Shown: positions 48,309-58,521 of the stretch, piece by piece | Numbering within the stretch: the stretch's first letter is position 1 | Layout: every line of letters starts with the position of its first letter | DNA from: Kiritimatiellia bacterium | GTDB lineage: Bacteria > Verrucomicrobiota > Kiritimatiellia > RZYC01 | Direction of reading: 5' to 3' | Assembly (NCBI GenBank): GCA_028708815.1 | Contig: JAQVYB010000003.1 | Span: 6,267-70,266 of the forward strand | DNA length: 64,000 nt | Translations under genes and position numbers: made by a program | The notes under the pieces: model-generated | The model's input: only the letters and a program-made list of their open reading frames with translations | Told to the model about the DNA's origin: nothing | Database searches by the model: none

Positions 48309-48643
48309 TGAATCGGTTTTTTTATTCGGGTACGGCTTGTCTGTTGGCCGTGGTTTTGTTTCTCACGCTTCCTTTTCCTGCGGCGCGGGCCGAGGATGAT
48401 TCGAATGTGAACAAGGGTGCATTGATCGGGCTCTTCGTGGTGGTGGTCGGCGTGGTGCTCTGGTTGGGTTTCAAGTCCGACCTGGATGATTATTCCTATG
48501 CCACCCTGGAAGAACCTCCGCATTTTTTGGGCGATGCGGCGGAGGGCGCGGGGTCTTCTCCGGAGGAAGGGGCAAGCCCGGTACTCGTTCTGGGTTCTTC
48601 GCCGGTGGCGGTGAATGCCGAGGGGATTGGATTTGTTTTTTGA
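48308..48643 (+). CDS. Small exported/membrane protein, unknown function
   Basis: Signal peptide plus second hydrophobic helix; translationally coupled to mlaD (stop/start overlap) and to the PHP gene. Confidence 0.4.
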   Translation: MNRFFYSGTACLLAVVLFLTLPFPAARAEDDSNVNKGALIGLFVVVVGVVLWLGFKSDLDDYSYATLEEPPHFLGDAAEGAGSSPEEGASPVLVLGSSPVAVNAEGIGFVF

Positions 48644-49245
48644 TGAAGGTTGATCTGCACATGCATACCAAAGAGCGGTCGGGATGCGCCGTTCACTCCG
48701 CCGAGGATATGATTCAAGCCGCGCGTGATGCGGGGTTGGATGGCATGGTCATTTCGGATCATGATCGGCTGGTCGCGCGAGGTGAATTGATGCGCCTTCG
48801 GGAGCGGTATGCGCCGTTTCGGCTGTTCACGGGGATTGAAGTGAGCACGGTGGAAGGAGAGCATGTGCTGGTGCTCGGGTTGCCGGATCAGCGCCTGGAA
48901 TCCAAGGCGTGGTCTTATGCACGTCTGCACGCGTTCGTGCGTGCGGCGGGGGCGTTCCTGATTCTGGCTCATCCCTATCGTTTTCAGGATCTTGTCATTG
49001 ATGTGGAAGGGCTGCCGCCCGATGCCGTTGAACTTCGCTCCGGCAATATCCGGGATGAGCTTCGCCCGCGCATTCGCGCATTGATCGAGCGGATCGGTTG
49101 TGCCACGGTCTACTGTTCAGATGCGCATCACGTGGATCGTGTCGGGTATGGTTTTATCGAATTGGATAAGCCGGTGGTTACGGATCAGGAATTACTTGAG
49201 GTCCTGAAGGCGGGAGCTTTTCATCTGCCGCCGGCGTCAGACTGA
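48640..49245 (+). CDS. PHP-domain (polymerase/histidinol-phosphatase-like) metal-dependent phosphoesterase
   Basis: VDLHMHT start motif, HDR, HP motifs characteristic of PHP domains. Confidence 0.65.
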   Translation: MMKVDLHMHTKERSGCAVHSAEDMIQAARDAGLDGMVISDHDRLVARGELMRLRERYAPFRLFTGIEVSTVEGEHVLVLGLPDQRLESKAWSYARLHAFVRAAGAFLILAHPYRFQDLVIDVEGLPPDAVELRSGNIRDELRPRIRALIERIGCATVYCSDAHHVDRVGYGFIELDKPVVTDQELLEVLKAGAFHLPPASD

Positions 49246-50118
49246 TTGATTCGTCCGACAGGGCAAATACAAGCTGAAGGTCAGCCCGGTTTCCGGCAGA
49301 ATCTCCGCCTGTATGGCACCCTTCAGTTCGGCCAGGAGGTCCCTCGTGGCCGCCAGATCAAGCCCCCCGTCCGGCGTTTTCCGGTGTGCCTCCGAAAAGG
49401 GCGTGAAAAGTTCGGGGCACATATTTGGAGAAAGCCCGTCCAGTTTTGCGGAAAGGGTCAATGCGAGGTATTCCTCTTCGGTCAGGTGGTGGCGTTGACG
49501 TGTTTCGTTGCCCACGTTTGGGGTTAAGGCCAACGTGATAGCGCCCCGTTCCTGCCCCTGCATTTGGCTGAGGAGGAAGTTGGCGGCGGCAATCAGCACC
49601 TTCAGGAGTTGGTTGAAGTCGATCAGCAGGTATCCCTCTTCCTGCACCACAGGGGTCTTGATTTCCACAGAGGACGGCATGGCTGAGCGAAGCAGGTTGT
49701 GCAGGTCACGCAGGACCAGGTCAAGCGGAAGAAGTTGGATTTCTACTTTGTCGTGGCGGCTGAAGGTGAGCAGGCGACGGGTGATGTCCCGGGCATTTTG
49801 GCCGGCTTTGCTGATTTCTTTCACCATGGCGATCAGTTCGGGTCGGTCGGCAAGTTGTTCGCGCACCATGTCGCTGTAGCCGAGAATGGCGGTGAGGGAA
49901 TTGTTGAAGTCGTGGGTTACGCCGTTGCAGAGGAGGCCCGTCGTACGCAGAGGCCGGGTGCATTCCATGGCCTCGGCCAGTTGGGCCCGTTGAAAAGCCT
50001 CGTTCTCCGCCACCTTCCGCAGGCGGTCATTTTCCCGGCGCAATCGGCCTATATAGAACGCCGCGCCGAGCAGCAGTGCGGCCAGTGCGGTTACGATAGC
50101 TGTCAGAACAAGACACAC
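49237..50118 (-). CDS. Membrane-anchored sensor histidine kinase
   Basis: N-terminal TM, H-box VTHDFNNSLTAILGY, C-terminal ATPase region (partly degenerate). Confidence 0.6.
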   Translation of the reverse strand: MCLVLTAIVTALAALLLGAAFYIGRLRRENDRLRKVAENEAFQRAQLAEAMECTRPLRTTGLLCNGVTHDFNNSLTAILGYSDMVREQLADRPELIAMVKEISKAGQNARDITRRLLTFSRHDKVEIQLLPLDLVLRDLHNLLRSAMPSSVEIKTPVVQEEGYLLIDFNQLLKVLIAAANFLLSQMQGQERGAITLALTPNVGNETRQRHHLTEEEYLALTLSAKLDGLSPNMCPELFTPFSEAHRKTPDGGLDLAATRDLLAELKGAIQAEILPETGLTFSLYLPCRTNQSV

Positions 50119-50314
50119 GCCATATTCTCCCGGTTAAGATTGCGAAACGCCGGCCTTTGCGTTAAAGAAATTCACGTTTAAGCGTTGGGATGTATAGCAC
50201 ACCGCGCAGGGAGCGTCAACAGGACGAGAGATGGTTGTTCGGAAATGAGTTCCCGCCCGCGTCCAGCGTTCAAGGCCTTGCCGGGTGGGCCCGGCGTGTG
50301 TGGAAAGAAGGAAG

Positions 50315-51466
50315 ATGAACACGAAACAGGAAACATATTCCCCGTTGGCCGAGAGAGTCAAGGAACTGGAGTGCCTTTACGCTATCGCGCGCCTCTCCTC
50401 GGAGCAGGATTTGGAATTCGACGGCTTTCTGCGACAGGTCGCCGGGCTTGTGCCGGCGGCCTGGCGCTGGTCGCGGCAGGCCGGTGCGTGCATTGAGTTT
50501 GACAACCGCCGTTTTTCAGGGGGCGCGGCGACGCTTGACGAGTCGTGTTGCCAGCAGTCGACGCTGATCATCAATAAAGTAAAGCGCGGACGGATCGTGG
50601 CGGGGTACCCTGGCGTGCCGCCGCTGGCGGATGACGCCTCTTTTTTGTTGCAGGAGGAGCAGCGCCTGCTGGATGAGATTGCTCGTCAGGTGAGTTATGT
50701 TCTGGAGCGCATCGAGTCTCAGCGGGCGCGCGAGGGCCTGCAGGCACAATTGCGCCATGCGGACCGACTGGCCACAATCGGACGCCTGGCCTCCGGCCTG
50801 GCCCATGAAATCAATGAGCCGCTGGGCTGCGTTCTGGGCTTTGTCCAGTTGCTGTTGAAAGAGGAGTCGTCTTCTCCCTCCGCTCAAAAAGACCTCGAAA
50901 AAATACAAGCGGCAGCGCTTCAGGCACGCGACATCATCCGCAAGTTAATGGTCTTTGCCCGGCACTCACCGGCGGAGCATGGCTCGTTCGATCTGAATAA
51001 GCTGATTGAATCGAGCGCGGACCTTTGGCTTTGGCGGTGTGAGGATGGCAGCATCCGGGTTGCTTTTGAACTGGATGCCCATCTGCCGGCGGTCCTGGGT
51101 AATGAGGGGCAGATTCGCCAGGTCATCACCAACCTCGTGATCAATGCCGTACAGGCCATGCCGGGTGGTGGCCTTCTGACCCTTGCCACCGCCCGGGTGG
51201 AGGGCGGTGTGACCTTGTCGGTGCGCGATACGGGGATGGGTATGACCCGAGGGATCGCTGCAAAAATTTTCGATCCGTTTTTTACGACGAAGGAGGTGGA
51301 TCAGGGGATGGGACTTGGCTTGTCGGTGGTACATGGTATCGTATCGGGTCATGAAGGGGTGATTTCGGTGGAAAGCGAGATGGGGCAGGGGACCACGATG
51401 CGCGTGTTTATTCCGCATGAACGATTGGCGGCCCAGTCGGATGTCGGCGATTCCGGAGAACGATGA
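50315..51466 (+). CDS. Cytoplasmic sensor histidine kinase (GAF-like N-terminus, HisKA, HATPase_c)
   Basis: H-box LASGLAHEINEPL; N box NLVINAVQAM; G boxes DTGMGM, GMGLGLSVV; start at MNTKQ. Confidence 0.7.
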   Translation: MNTKQETYSPLAERVKELECLYAIARLSSEQDLEFDGFLRQVAGLVPAAWRWSRQAGACIEFDNRRFSGGAATLDESCCQQSTLIINKVKRGRIVAGYPGVPPLADDASFLLQEEQRLLDEIARQVSYVLERIESQRAREGLQAQLRHADRLATIGRLASGLAHEINEPLGCVLGFVQLLLKEESSSPSAQKDLEKIQAAALQARDIIRKLMVFARHSPAEHGSFDLNKLIESSADLWLWRCEDGSIRVAFELDAHLPAVLGNEGQIRQVITNLVINAVQAMPGGGLLTLATARVEGGVTLSVRDTGMGMTRGIAAKIFDPFFTTKEVDQGMGLGLSVVHGIVSGHEGVISVESEMGQGTTMRVFIPHERLAAQSDVGDSGER

Positions 51467-51467
51467 G

Positions 51468-52802
51468 ATGGCGACCATAAAAAATACCGTACGCCTGTTG
51501 GCGGTGGATGATTCGGCTGACACGCTGGAGGTCGTTCAGCGTCAGTTGACTGCCGCCGGCTACGAGGTCATTACGGCACCGGGCGTGGCGGAGGCGGTCC
51601 GCGCGCTGGGCACTGTGAAGGTGGACCTGGTGATTACGGACCTGCGCATGCCCCGCTCGGATGGGATGGAACTGGTGCGCCACGTTCGCGAGAACTTGGG
51701 CGAAACGGCGATTGTCATGCTCACGGGCTATGCGTCTATTCCGAACGCTGTCGAGGCCATGCAGACGGGGGCGGACGAATACCTCGCCAAACCCTTTACC
51801 GAAGAAGAGCTGCTGCACGCCGTGACATCGGCGCTGGGCCGGCTTCGTCTGCGGCGTGCAGGCGCTCCGACGGACGAGCCCGTTTCTTCCGAGTGGGGGC
51901 TTCTCAGCGCCTCGCCGGCGATGCGTCGGGTTTTTCGGGATATGAAGAAGGCCTCGCCCAGTAATGCCACCGTGCTGATCAGCGGAGAAAGCGGAACCGG
52001 CAAAGAGCTGGTGGCCCGGGCGATTCATTATCAGGGGCCGCGCCGTGCCGCGCCGTTTGTTCCAGTGAACTGCGGAGGCATTCCCGACGGACTGCTCGAG
52101 AGCGAGTTGTTCGGCTACCGCAAGGGGGCCTTTACCGGGGCCTCCGAATCGCGCGCCGGATTTTTTCAGACGGCGGAAGGCGGGAGCATCTTCCTGGATG
52201 AAGTGGCGGAGTTGAGCCTTCCGATGCAGGCGGCCCTGCTGCGGGTTCTTCAAGACAAAATGGTGTACATGATCGGCGTACGGCAACCGGCTGCGGTGGA
52301 TGTGCGCGTCCTGGCGGCGACCAATCGGGATTTACAGCGCCTGGTGGAGCAGGGGAAGTTTCGGGAGGACCTGTATTATCGGCTCAACGTGCTGCCCATT
52401 GTTTTGCCGCCCCTGCGGGAACGTGGTGATGATGTGTTGATCTTGGTGCGACATTTTGCTGAAAAATTTGCGGGAGAAATGCGGAAGAAAGCGCCCCCCT
52501 TTACAGAGCGGGCCCTGGCCCTGTTGCAGGCGTATTCCTGGCCTGGTAATGTCCGGGAGCTGGAAAATATAGTTCAGCGGCTCGTGCTGATGGTCGAACG
52601 CGACGTGATCGATGCGGCGGACTTGCCGGCCCTCATGCGCTTTTCGGCGGACGGTGATGTGCAGCAGGATTCCTCCCTGGCGGAGGCTGAGGCAGCCCAT
52701 GTCCGGGCGGTGCTGGCCGGTGTGAACGGCAACAAAACCCGCGCCGCACAGATTCTGGGAATCGACCGAAAAACCCTTCGCGAAAAAATCAAAGAACACT
52801 GA
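51468..52802 (+). CDS. Sigma-54-dependent response regulator (NtrC family: REC - AAA+ - Fis-type HTH)
   Basis: REC (LAVDD...DLRMP), Walker A GESGTGKE, GAFTGA motif, ESELFGY, C-terminal HTH (RAAQILGIDRKTLREKIK). Confidence 0.85.
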   Translation: MATIKNTVRLLAVDDSADTLEVVQRQLTAAGYEVITAPGVAEAVRALGTVKVDLVITDLRMPRSDGMELVRHVRENLGETAIVMLTGYASIPNAVEAMQTGADEYLAKPFTEEELLHAVTSALGRLRLRRAGAPTDEPVSSEWGLLSASPAMRRVFRDMKKASPSNATVLISGESGTGKELVARAIHYQGPRRAAPFVPVNCGGIPDGLLESELFGYRKGAFTGASESRAGFFQTAEGGSIFLDEVAELSLPMQAALLRVLQDKMVYMIGVRQPAAVDVRVLAATNRDLQRLVEQGKFREDLYYRLNVLPIVLPPLRERGDDVLILVRHFAEKFAGEMRKKAPPFTERALALLQAYSWPGNVRELENIVQRLVLMVERDVIDAADLPALMRFSADGDVQQDSSLAEAEAAHVRAVLAGVNGNKTRAAQILGIDRKTLREKIKEH

Positions 52803-53009
52803 TTCCCTCCGGGGAATATCGCCCCGCCCGGGTAAAAATTCCCCGAAAAGCGACTTGAACTGTTGGGAATACGTGGCATCTGCATGCGGCTCTTCGTAAA
52901 TAAACACCCGCTCGACGTAAAGCATAACCTTAATGTAATCAGGTAGATATGTCTTTCGCTGGCTTTTTTGACGCGAGCAGCCTCCTCATTCCGATGTCTT
53001 GCGTAATGT

Positions 53010-53025
53010 TGGCACGGATGCTGCC
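53010..53025 (+). promoter_or_regulatory. Candidate sigma-54 (-24/-12) promoter TGGCACGGATGCTGCC upstream of rnk
   Basis: Matches TGGCAC-N5-xTGCx spacing; ~80 nt upstream of the rnk ATG and downstream of a sigma-54 activator gene. Confidence 0.3.
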
Positions 53026-53102
53026 TTGTCTTTAATGCGGCGTTTGGAGTTTCATTGTGATCCAGACACCGCACCAGATAAACCCACCGTTAGAAGGAGT
53101 TC

Positions 53103-53537
53103 GTGATGACCGCACAGCATATTGTGTTAACCAGTGAAGACAAAGATAAACTGCTGGCCTTGGTTGAATTGGCTGCGCACCCGAAAAACGCGCTCGACAG
53201 GGCCGCCTTCAAGAAACTGGCCGGCGAGATTGAACGCGCCACCGTGGTTGAGCTGGACGCCCTCCCGAAAAAAGTGGTTACCATGAATACCGTGGTCGAT
53301 GTGGAGGATATGGATGGCGGAGAGGTGTTGCGTTTAACCCTCTCCTGGCCTGAAGAGGCAGACCCTGCGAAAGGGCATGTCAACGTACTGGCACCCCTGG
53401 GCGTGGCCCTTCTCGGAACGCATGCAGGCGATGAAATTGAATGGGCGGTGCCTGCGGGTATGCGGCGGTATCGCATTGCGAAAATCATCTATCAACCGGA
53501 GGCCGCCAGCAATAAAAAAGCACGCGCGAAAAAGTAG
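53103..53537 (+). CDS. rnk: Regulator of nucleoside diphosphate kinase (Rnk; GreA/GreB C-terminal domain family)
   Basis: 144 aa; GreA/B-like FKBP-fold C-terminal domain motifs and N-terminal coiled region typical of Rnk. Confidence 0.65.
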   Translation: MMTAQHIVLTSEDKDKLLALVELAAHPKNALDRAAFKKLAGEIERATVVELDALPKKVVTMNTVVDVEDMDGGEVLRLTLSWPEEADPAKGHVNVLAPLGVALLGTHAGDEIEWAVPAGMRRYRIAKIIYQPEAASNKKARAKK

Positions 53538-53550
53538 AAAGGGAACCGCC

Positions 53551-54795
53551 ATGACCATGAACAAGCTTGCCGTCCAAATAGAGTCTGATATGCACCCACA
53601 TCCCCTGCACGAAAAAATTATTTTAGCCGTGCCTGCGAACGAAGGCGATATGACCCGTCTGCGTTGGTATGCGGATGTTATCAATGGTCGCCATCATTCG
53701 CGCATTCAGGTTGTGCGCGGTGCGACGGCAGCCCTTGGGCGGGACCACGCTTTTTCAGAGCACACGCTACCCAAAGAACTCTCTGCGTTGGCGAAGTCGC
53801 GATCCATCGGCCTGCTTTTGGTGGAATGGGATATGAGCCCGGAGTGCCTTCAGGAATTGTCGGAGCTTGCGGCGGACCTGGATGTGCCGGCTCTCTTTGT
53901 GCGGCAGTCGGGCTTCGATCATGTTCGTCGCGTGGTGGTGGCCACGGCGGGCGGCCCGCATACCCTTCAGCAGATGTGGGTCGCCAAAGAAATCAGCGAT
54001 GCGCTCCACGTTCCCATCAAGATTGTTCGTCTGGTTCGATCGGTTAACGCGGAGGCAGGTCACGAGCAGGAATACATGGAACGGGAAGGCGTGGTTGAAG
54101 ACTGGACCTCGCACCTGTTGGGTATACGCGAGATAGAGCAGATTGCGACAAAAGATATTACCGACGGCATTGTTCAATATGTCACGGACGAGGACTTGCT
54201 GGTCATGGGTACGCCGGGTTTGTTTGACACGGCCGGCGGTTTCGCGAGTTCCATTCCCTCCGCCGTGGCGGCGCAGACCGCCGGACCTGTTATTTTGTTG
54301 CACGCCCGCCGCCCGCAGCTCACTACACTGCGCAATCTTTTCTGGGGGCAGTTGATTCAAACCGGCATACAGCCCGCCGACAAACGGGAGATGGTCGAGA
54401 CGCTCGTGAACGCCCTCGTCCGGCATAATCAAGCCCCGCTTTCCGCCCTGCCGGACCTCGTTGAACGGGCCCTTCGCAGAGAACGGATGATGACCACGGC
54501 GGTAGGCTGTCAAGCGGCCTTCCCGCACATCCGCCTGCCGGGATTTCACGGCATGGCCGCCAGTATGGCCATCTGCCCCGAGGGAATGGCCTATGGCGCC
54601 GAGGATGGAAGCTTGACGCACTTCTTCTTCCTGTTTATCACCTCGGATGGTTTCTGCGACGAATACCTGTCCGTCTTGGGCAAGATCGCTCACCGCATGT
54701 TGCGCGCGGGAGTGCGGGAGGATTTGTTGAAGGCACATTCCCCGGCGGAAGTGTTGGACGTGCTCGACCCCAAAGAGCCTCAGGCACCTTTGTGA
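53551..54795 (+). CDS. Tandem universal-stress-protein (UspA)-like domains fused to a C-terminal PTS EIIA(Ntr)/fructose-type domain
   Basis: ATG 53551 just after rnk stop; two Usp-like alpha/beta segments; C-terminal EIIA-2 signature (AFPHIRLPGF, His). Confidence 0.5.
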   Translation: MTMNKLAVQIESDMHPHPLHEKIILAVPANEGDMTRLRWYADVINGRHHSRIQVVRGATAALGRDHAFSEHTLPKELSALAKSRSIGLLLVEWDMSPECLQELSELAADLDVPALFVRQSGFDHVRRVVVATAGGPHTLQQMWVAKEISDALHVPIKIVRLVRSVNAEAGHEQEYMEREGVVEDWTSHLLGIREIEQIATKDITDGIVQYVTDEDLLVMGTPGLFDTAGGFASSIPSAVAAQTAGPVILLHARRPQLTTLRNLFWGQLIQTGIQPADKREMVETLVNALVRHNQAPLSALPDLVERALRRERMMTTAVGCQAAFPHIRLPGFHGMAASMAICPEGMAYGAEDGSLTHFFFLFITSDGFCDEYLSVLGKIAHRMLRAGVREDLLKAHSPAEVLDVLDPKEPQAPL

Positions 54796-54837
54796 AAAGA
54801 AAAAAAACAAAACAAGCGGCTAAAGGATGGAGAAAGA

Positions 54838-55689
54838 ATGAAGCATAAAGTGGCGGATTTTTTAAAACAGTTGATGTTGCTTACCGTCGGAAGTTTTATT
54901 TGTGTCGTGGCTGTGAAGTGTTTCCTGTTCCCGCACGGGTTCGTGGCGCGTGGATTCACGGGGCTTGCACTCCTGATCTACTATAAATTTCCGATTGTGG
55001 ACGTGAGCATTATCTATCTCCTTATCAACATCCCGGTTTTTGTCCTGGGGTGGCGCTATGTGAGTCTCCGTTTCGTACTTTACTCCGCCCTGGGGATGGC
55101 GATCTATTCGTTCATGCTTGCAGTGGTCACGTATGTTCCGAACGTGGACGACATGATGCTGAGCGCCGCCATCGCCGGAGCGATATCGGGGGTGGGTACG
55201 GCGATTCTCCTTCGTTCGTACGGTTCGTGCGGCGGGGTGGAAATCATCTGCGTCATCCTCTACAAATATTTCAACATCACCCTGGGGCATGGCTCGATGA
55301 TTATCAATGTGCTCATACTGGTGCTGTCGCTCCTCATGTTCCCGATCCAATGGGTGCTTTATGCGTTGGTATACATCGCCGTCAGCATGCAGGCCACCAA
55401 TATGGCGTTTCATGGTTTGTCCAAGCGGCAGGCCATTCTGATCATCTCGGAAAAATGGCACGCTATTGCAGAGGCCCTGAAGCACAAGCACCTGTGCGGC
55501 GCGACTCTGATCAATGGATACGGCGCCTACAAAGGGGCCGAAAAAACGATTCTGTACACCGTCATTCCCCGAAGGAAAGTATCCGCCGTAAAGCGTGCCG
55601 TGCTGGATGAGGACGGCAGCGCCTTCATGGCCATCATGGATGCGGAAGACGTGACCGGCGTGGAAATCGGCAATCAGCCTCATTGGTGA
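54838..55689 (+). CDS. YitT-family (DUF161/DUF2179) membrane protein
   Basis: Polytopic N-terminal domain plus C-terminal DUF2179-like soluble domain. Confidence 0.6.
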   Translation: MKHKVADFLKQLMLLTVGSFICVVAVKCFLFPHGFVARGFTGLALLIYYKFPIVDVSIIYLLINIPVFVLGWRYVSLRFVLYSALGMAIYSFMLAVVTYVPNVDDMMLSAAIAGAISGVGTAILLRSYGSCGGVEIICVILYKYFNITLGHGSMIINVLILVLSLLMFPIQWVLYALVYIAVSMQATNMAFHGLSKRQAILIISEKWHAIAEALKHKHLCGATLINGYGAYKGAEKTILYTVIPRRKVSAVKRAVLDEDGSAFMAIMDAEDVTGVEIGNQPHW

Positions 55690-55785
55690 TTCCGGCAGGC
55701 GTCCCTCTGCATTTTGGGCTTTCCCCGCCTCGCGCATGTGCTAGGATGCCGCGCTTTCCAACCAACCTAAACACGGGAGCGAGGC

Positions 55786-56364
55786 ATGAGTCATTTCTTT
55801 TCTTATTTATCGCGGATGAAATATATTCAGCGCTGGGGATTGATGCGCAACACCCTGCCGGAGAATATTCAGGAGCACAGCTTGCAGGTGGCCATGGTGG
55901 CCCATGCACTGGCGGTGCTTCGCAATAAAAAATTCGGGGGGAAGGTGGATGCCAATCGGACGGCCCTGCTGGCGATGTATCATGATTGCAGCGAAGTCAT
56001 CACCGGCGATCTGGCCACGCCCATCAAATGTTTCAATCCGGAGATAAAAAAAGAATACAAGAAGATCGAACACCTGGCCGCCGAGAAAATCTTTCAGATG
56101 ATACCGAAAGAAATCGCCGAAGAATACCGGGATCTTTTTTTTGCGGCGGACGGTGATGTGGAGCTGCATGAACTTGTCAAGGCGGCGGACAAGCTGTGCG
56201 CCTATCTGAAGTGCCTCGAAGAGTTGCAGGCCGGGAACAGCGGTTTCCAGAAGGCGGAGCGTTCGATCATGGCCTCCCTGATGAAAATGAACCTGCCCGA
56301 AGTGACGTATTTCGTGGAAACTTTTACGCCCAGTTTCTCGCTGACGCTGGATGAGCTGAATTAG
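55786..56364 (+). CDS. yfbR: HD-domain 5'-deoxynucleotidase
   Basis: YfbR-like N-terminus (RWGLMRNTLPENIQEHSLQVAMVAHAL) and HD motifs (HD...D). Confidence 0.75.
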   Translation: MSHFFSYLSRMKYIQRWGLMRNTLPENIQEHSLQVAMVAHALAVLRNKKFGGKVDANRTALLAMYHDCSEVITGDLATPIKCFNPEIKKEYKKIEHLAAEKIFQMIPKEIAEEYRDLFFAADGDVELHELVKAADKLCAYLKCLEELQAGNSGFQKAERSIMASLMKMNLPEVTYFVETFTPSFSLTLDELN

Positions 56365-56620
56365 CGCCGGCCATTCACCCCTTTCTGCATGTTTCATACC
56401 TGCCTTTTTTGACAGGAGGAGGAAACAAGAGTGGTGGGCCCAAGTGAATGGAAAAGAGTCTTCTCGGAGAATGCTGAGAAGGAGGGGTAAAGCCCCAAGA
56501 CCCTTTATACGGCTTGCGGAGGCTGAACGTCCCCCGCAAGCCGCCTGACGATCCGGAATCATCCGGGTAATCACGCAATGCAAAATCAATAGGACCCCCG
56601 GATGCAACGTGCGGGGGCTT

Positions 56621-57421
56621 TCAGGGAGCCGTGGCGTGATCCTGCTGCCATGTTGGTTTGGCGGCATCGGCCTCTTTATAGTAGTCGGCGAGGGTGAGTT
56701 TGGCGGCGGCGTCCTGATCGATGATGATTATAGCGTTGGGATGGAGCTGCAGGGCTGAGGCGGGGATCATGGCGGAGAGGGGGCCCTCGATGGTGGCGGC
56801 GATGGCGTCGGCCTTGCCTTTCCCGAAGGCGAGGAGGAGTGCGCAGCGCGCCTCCAGGATGGTGGCGATGCCCATGGTGATGCAGTGTTGGGGCACTTGG
56901 TTTGGATCGTTTTCAAAGAAGCGGGCGTTGTCTTCAATGGTTTGGCGGGTGAGCGTCTTGGTGCGGGTACGGGATCCGAGTGAGGAGGTCGGTTCGTTGA
57001 AGCCGATATGTCCGTCGCTGCCGATACCGAGGAGCTGAAGATCGAGCCCTCCGGCATTACGAATGGCTTCTTCATAGGCGAGGCAGTGGGCCTGAATGTC
57101 AGGGGCGTTTCCATTGGGAATGTGAATGCGGTCGGGTTGAATGTTGATGTGGCGGAAGAGGTTTTCGTGCATGAAGGCGTGATAAGATTGGGGATGGTTT
57201 TCGGGTAGGCCGATATATTCATCGAGGTTGAAGGTGGTGACGCGGCTGAAGTCGAAGCCGCGATCTTTGTGTGCGGTAATGAGTTCGCGGTAGAGGGCGA
57301 GTGGTGTTCCTCCGGTGGCCAGGCCGAGTACGGCGTTTGGTTTGCGCGTCACAAGGGCGAGTAAAATCTGAGCGGCGACTCGGCTTGCGGATGCGGGATC
57401 GGGTTGAATGATGACTTCCAT
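56621..57421 (-). CDS. nagB: Glucosamine-6-phosphate deaminase
   Basis: NagB motifs (LGLATGGTP; FNLDEY; LGIGSDGHIGFNEP); start at MEVIIQ. The annotated 99-aa N-terminal extension is low-complexity and rejected. Confidence 0.8.
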   Translation of the reverse strand: MEVIIQPDPASASRVAAQILLALVTRKPNAVLGLATGGTPLALYRELITAHKDRGFDFSRVTTFNLDEYIGLPENHPQSYHAFMHENLFRHINIQPDRIHIPNGNAPDIQAHCLAYEEAIRNAGGLDLQLLGIGSDGHIGFNEPTSSLGSRTRTKTLTRQTIEDNARFFENDPNQVPQHCITMGIATILEARCALLLAFGKGKADAIAATIEGPLSAMIPASALQLHPNAIIIIDQDAAAKLTLADYYKEADAAKPTWQQDHATAP

Positions 57422-57434
57422 GGCTGTTTTCCTT

Positions 57435-58289
57435 TCATGGGTTGAGCAGGGTTTGAATGTTCTGTTGTGCTGGAATGAAGGGGGTGGCGGGGGTGATTCG
57501 GGATACCATGCGGTCGTGCCATTGTCGAATTCGATAGAGCGTGGCAAAGTGGAAGGCGGGGATTTCGCCGCCCTGGCCGCCGAGGTGTTCGGCGCCTCGG
57601 CGAACATTGTCGTGCATCCAGGAGGGAAGGGCGAGGTGATAGGGGTTGCGTTCGATTTCCCCGAGGTGGAAGGAGATGGCGGTAACGAGCTCGGCGACGT
57701 CCTCCGGGCTGGATTCAATCATGATGTTGGGTTCTTCCATGGGATGCCAGAATTCCGTTTCCACGAGGCGGCAGGAGATGAGGCCGGATTCGCGCAGGGC
57801 GTCCATCACGAGGTGATGGGTGCCGATGTGGGTGGAATTCCAGTCGTTGGCGTGGGGGAGGATGAGGAGGTCGGGGCTGTATTTTCGGAGGAGGGACCGT
57901 ATGCGCAGGACGGCGTCCATCCATTCGCCGGTTCCTTCGTCGCGGGCGGTGGGGTTGATGTGTTCGAGGCCGGATTCGAGAGGATGGACCAGTTCGAAAC
58001 CGAGGTAGCGGCAGGCGTTTTCGAGCTCGGCCTTGCGGGCGGCCCGGCGGGTATGGTGGCTGCCGAGAGTGACGGCGACGTTAATAATGCGGCAACCGGT
58101 CTCTTTGAGCAGGCGAAGCGCGAGAGCGCCGATGATGGATTCATCGTCGGGGTGCGGAGCGAAGAGGAGGGCGCAGGAGGAATGGACTTGGCTTGGACGT
58201 ATGGGCGGTTCAGCGGTTCCCGGCTGGATGCTGCGGGCTTCGTCGAGGAGGGCGGCATAGCGGTTGATATAGTCGTGATAGCTTTTCAT
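57435..58289 (-). CDS. PIG-L/LmbE-family N-acetylglucosaminyl deacetylase
   Basis: PHPDDE zinc-binding motif and downstream H-x-D-H pattern; adjacent to nagB. Confidence 0.65.
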   Translation of the reverse strand: MKSYHDYINRYAALLDEARSIQPGTAEPPIRPSQVHSSCALLFAPHPDDESIIGALALRLLKETGCRIINVAVTLGSHHTRRAARKAELENACRYLGFELVHPLESGLEHINPTARDEGTGEWMDAVLRIRSLLRKYSPDLLILPHANDWNSTHIGTHHLVMDALRESGLISCRLVETEFWHPMEEPNIMIESSPEDVAELVTAISFHLGEIERNPYHLALPSWMHDNVRRGAEHLGGQGGEIPAFHFATLYRIRQWHDRMVSRITPATPFIPAQQNIQTLLNP

Positions 58290-58521
58290 ATCAATTTTTC
58301 TCTCCGATGCGGGGCAGGGTCGCGGCGGCGATGGCTTGTCCGTGACGCTTGTTGTGTTTATCGGACAGGCACAGGGTAATGGATTCGGCGAGTTCTGAAA
58401 ACTTATTTATGATCGAGGGTGCTGAAATTCCTGTTGAAAAAAATGCAGGGATGCGGCACTATCCAAACGTAAGCATCGCGCAGAGGCGTGGACACCAACA
58501 AGAATCAGGAGGAAAGTCGTC

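Noticed and set aside
56621-57718. 99-aa N-terminal extension of nagB
   Set aside because: P/S/T-rich low complexity overlapping the downstream deacetylase gene; the NagB alignment begins at MEVIIQ
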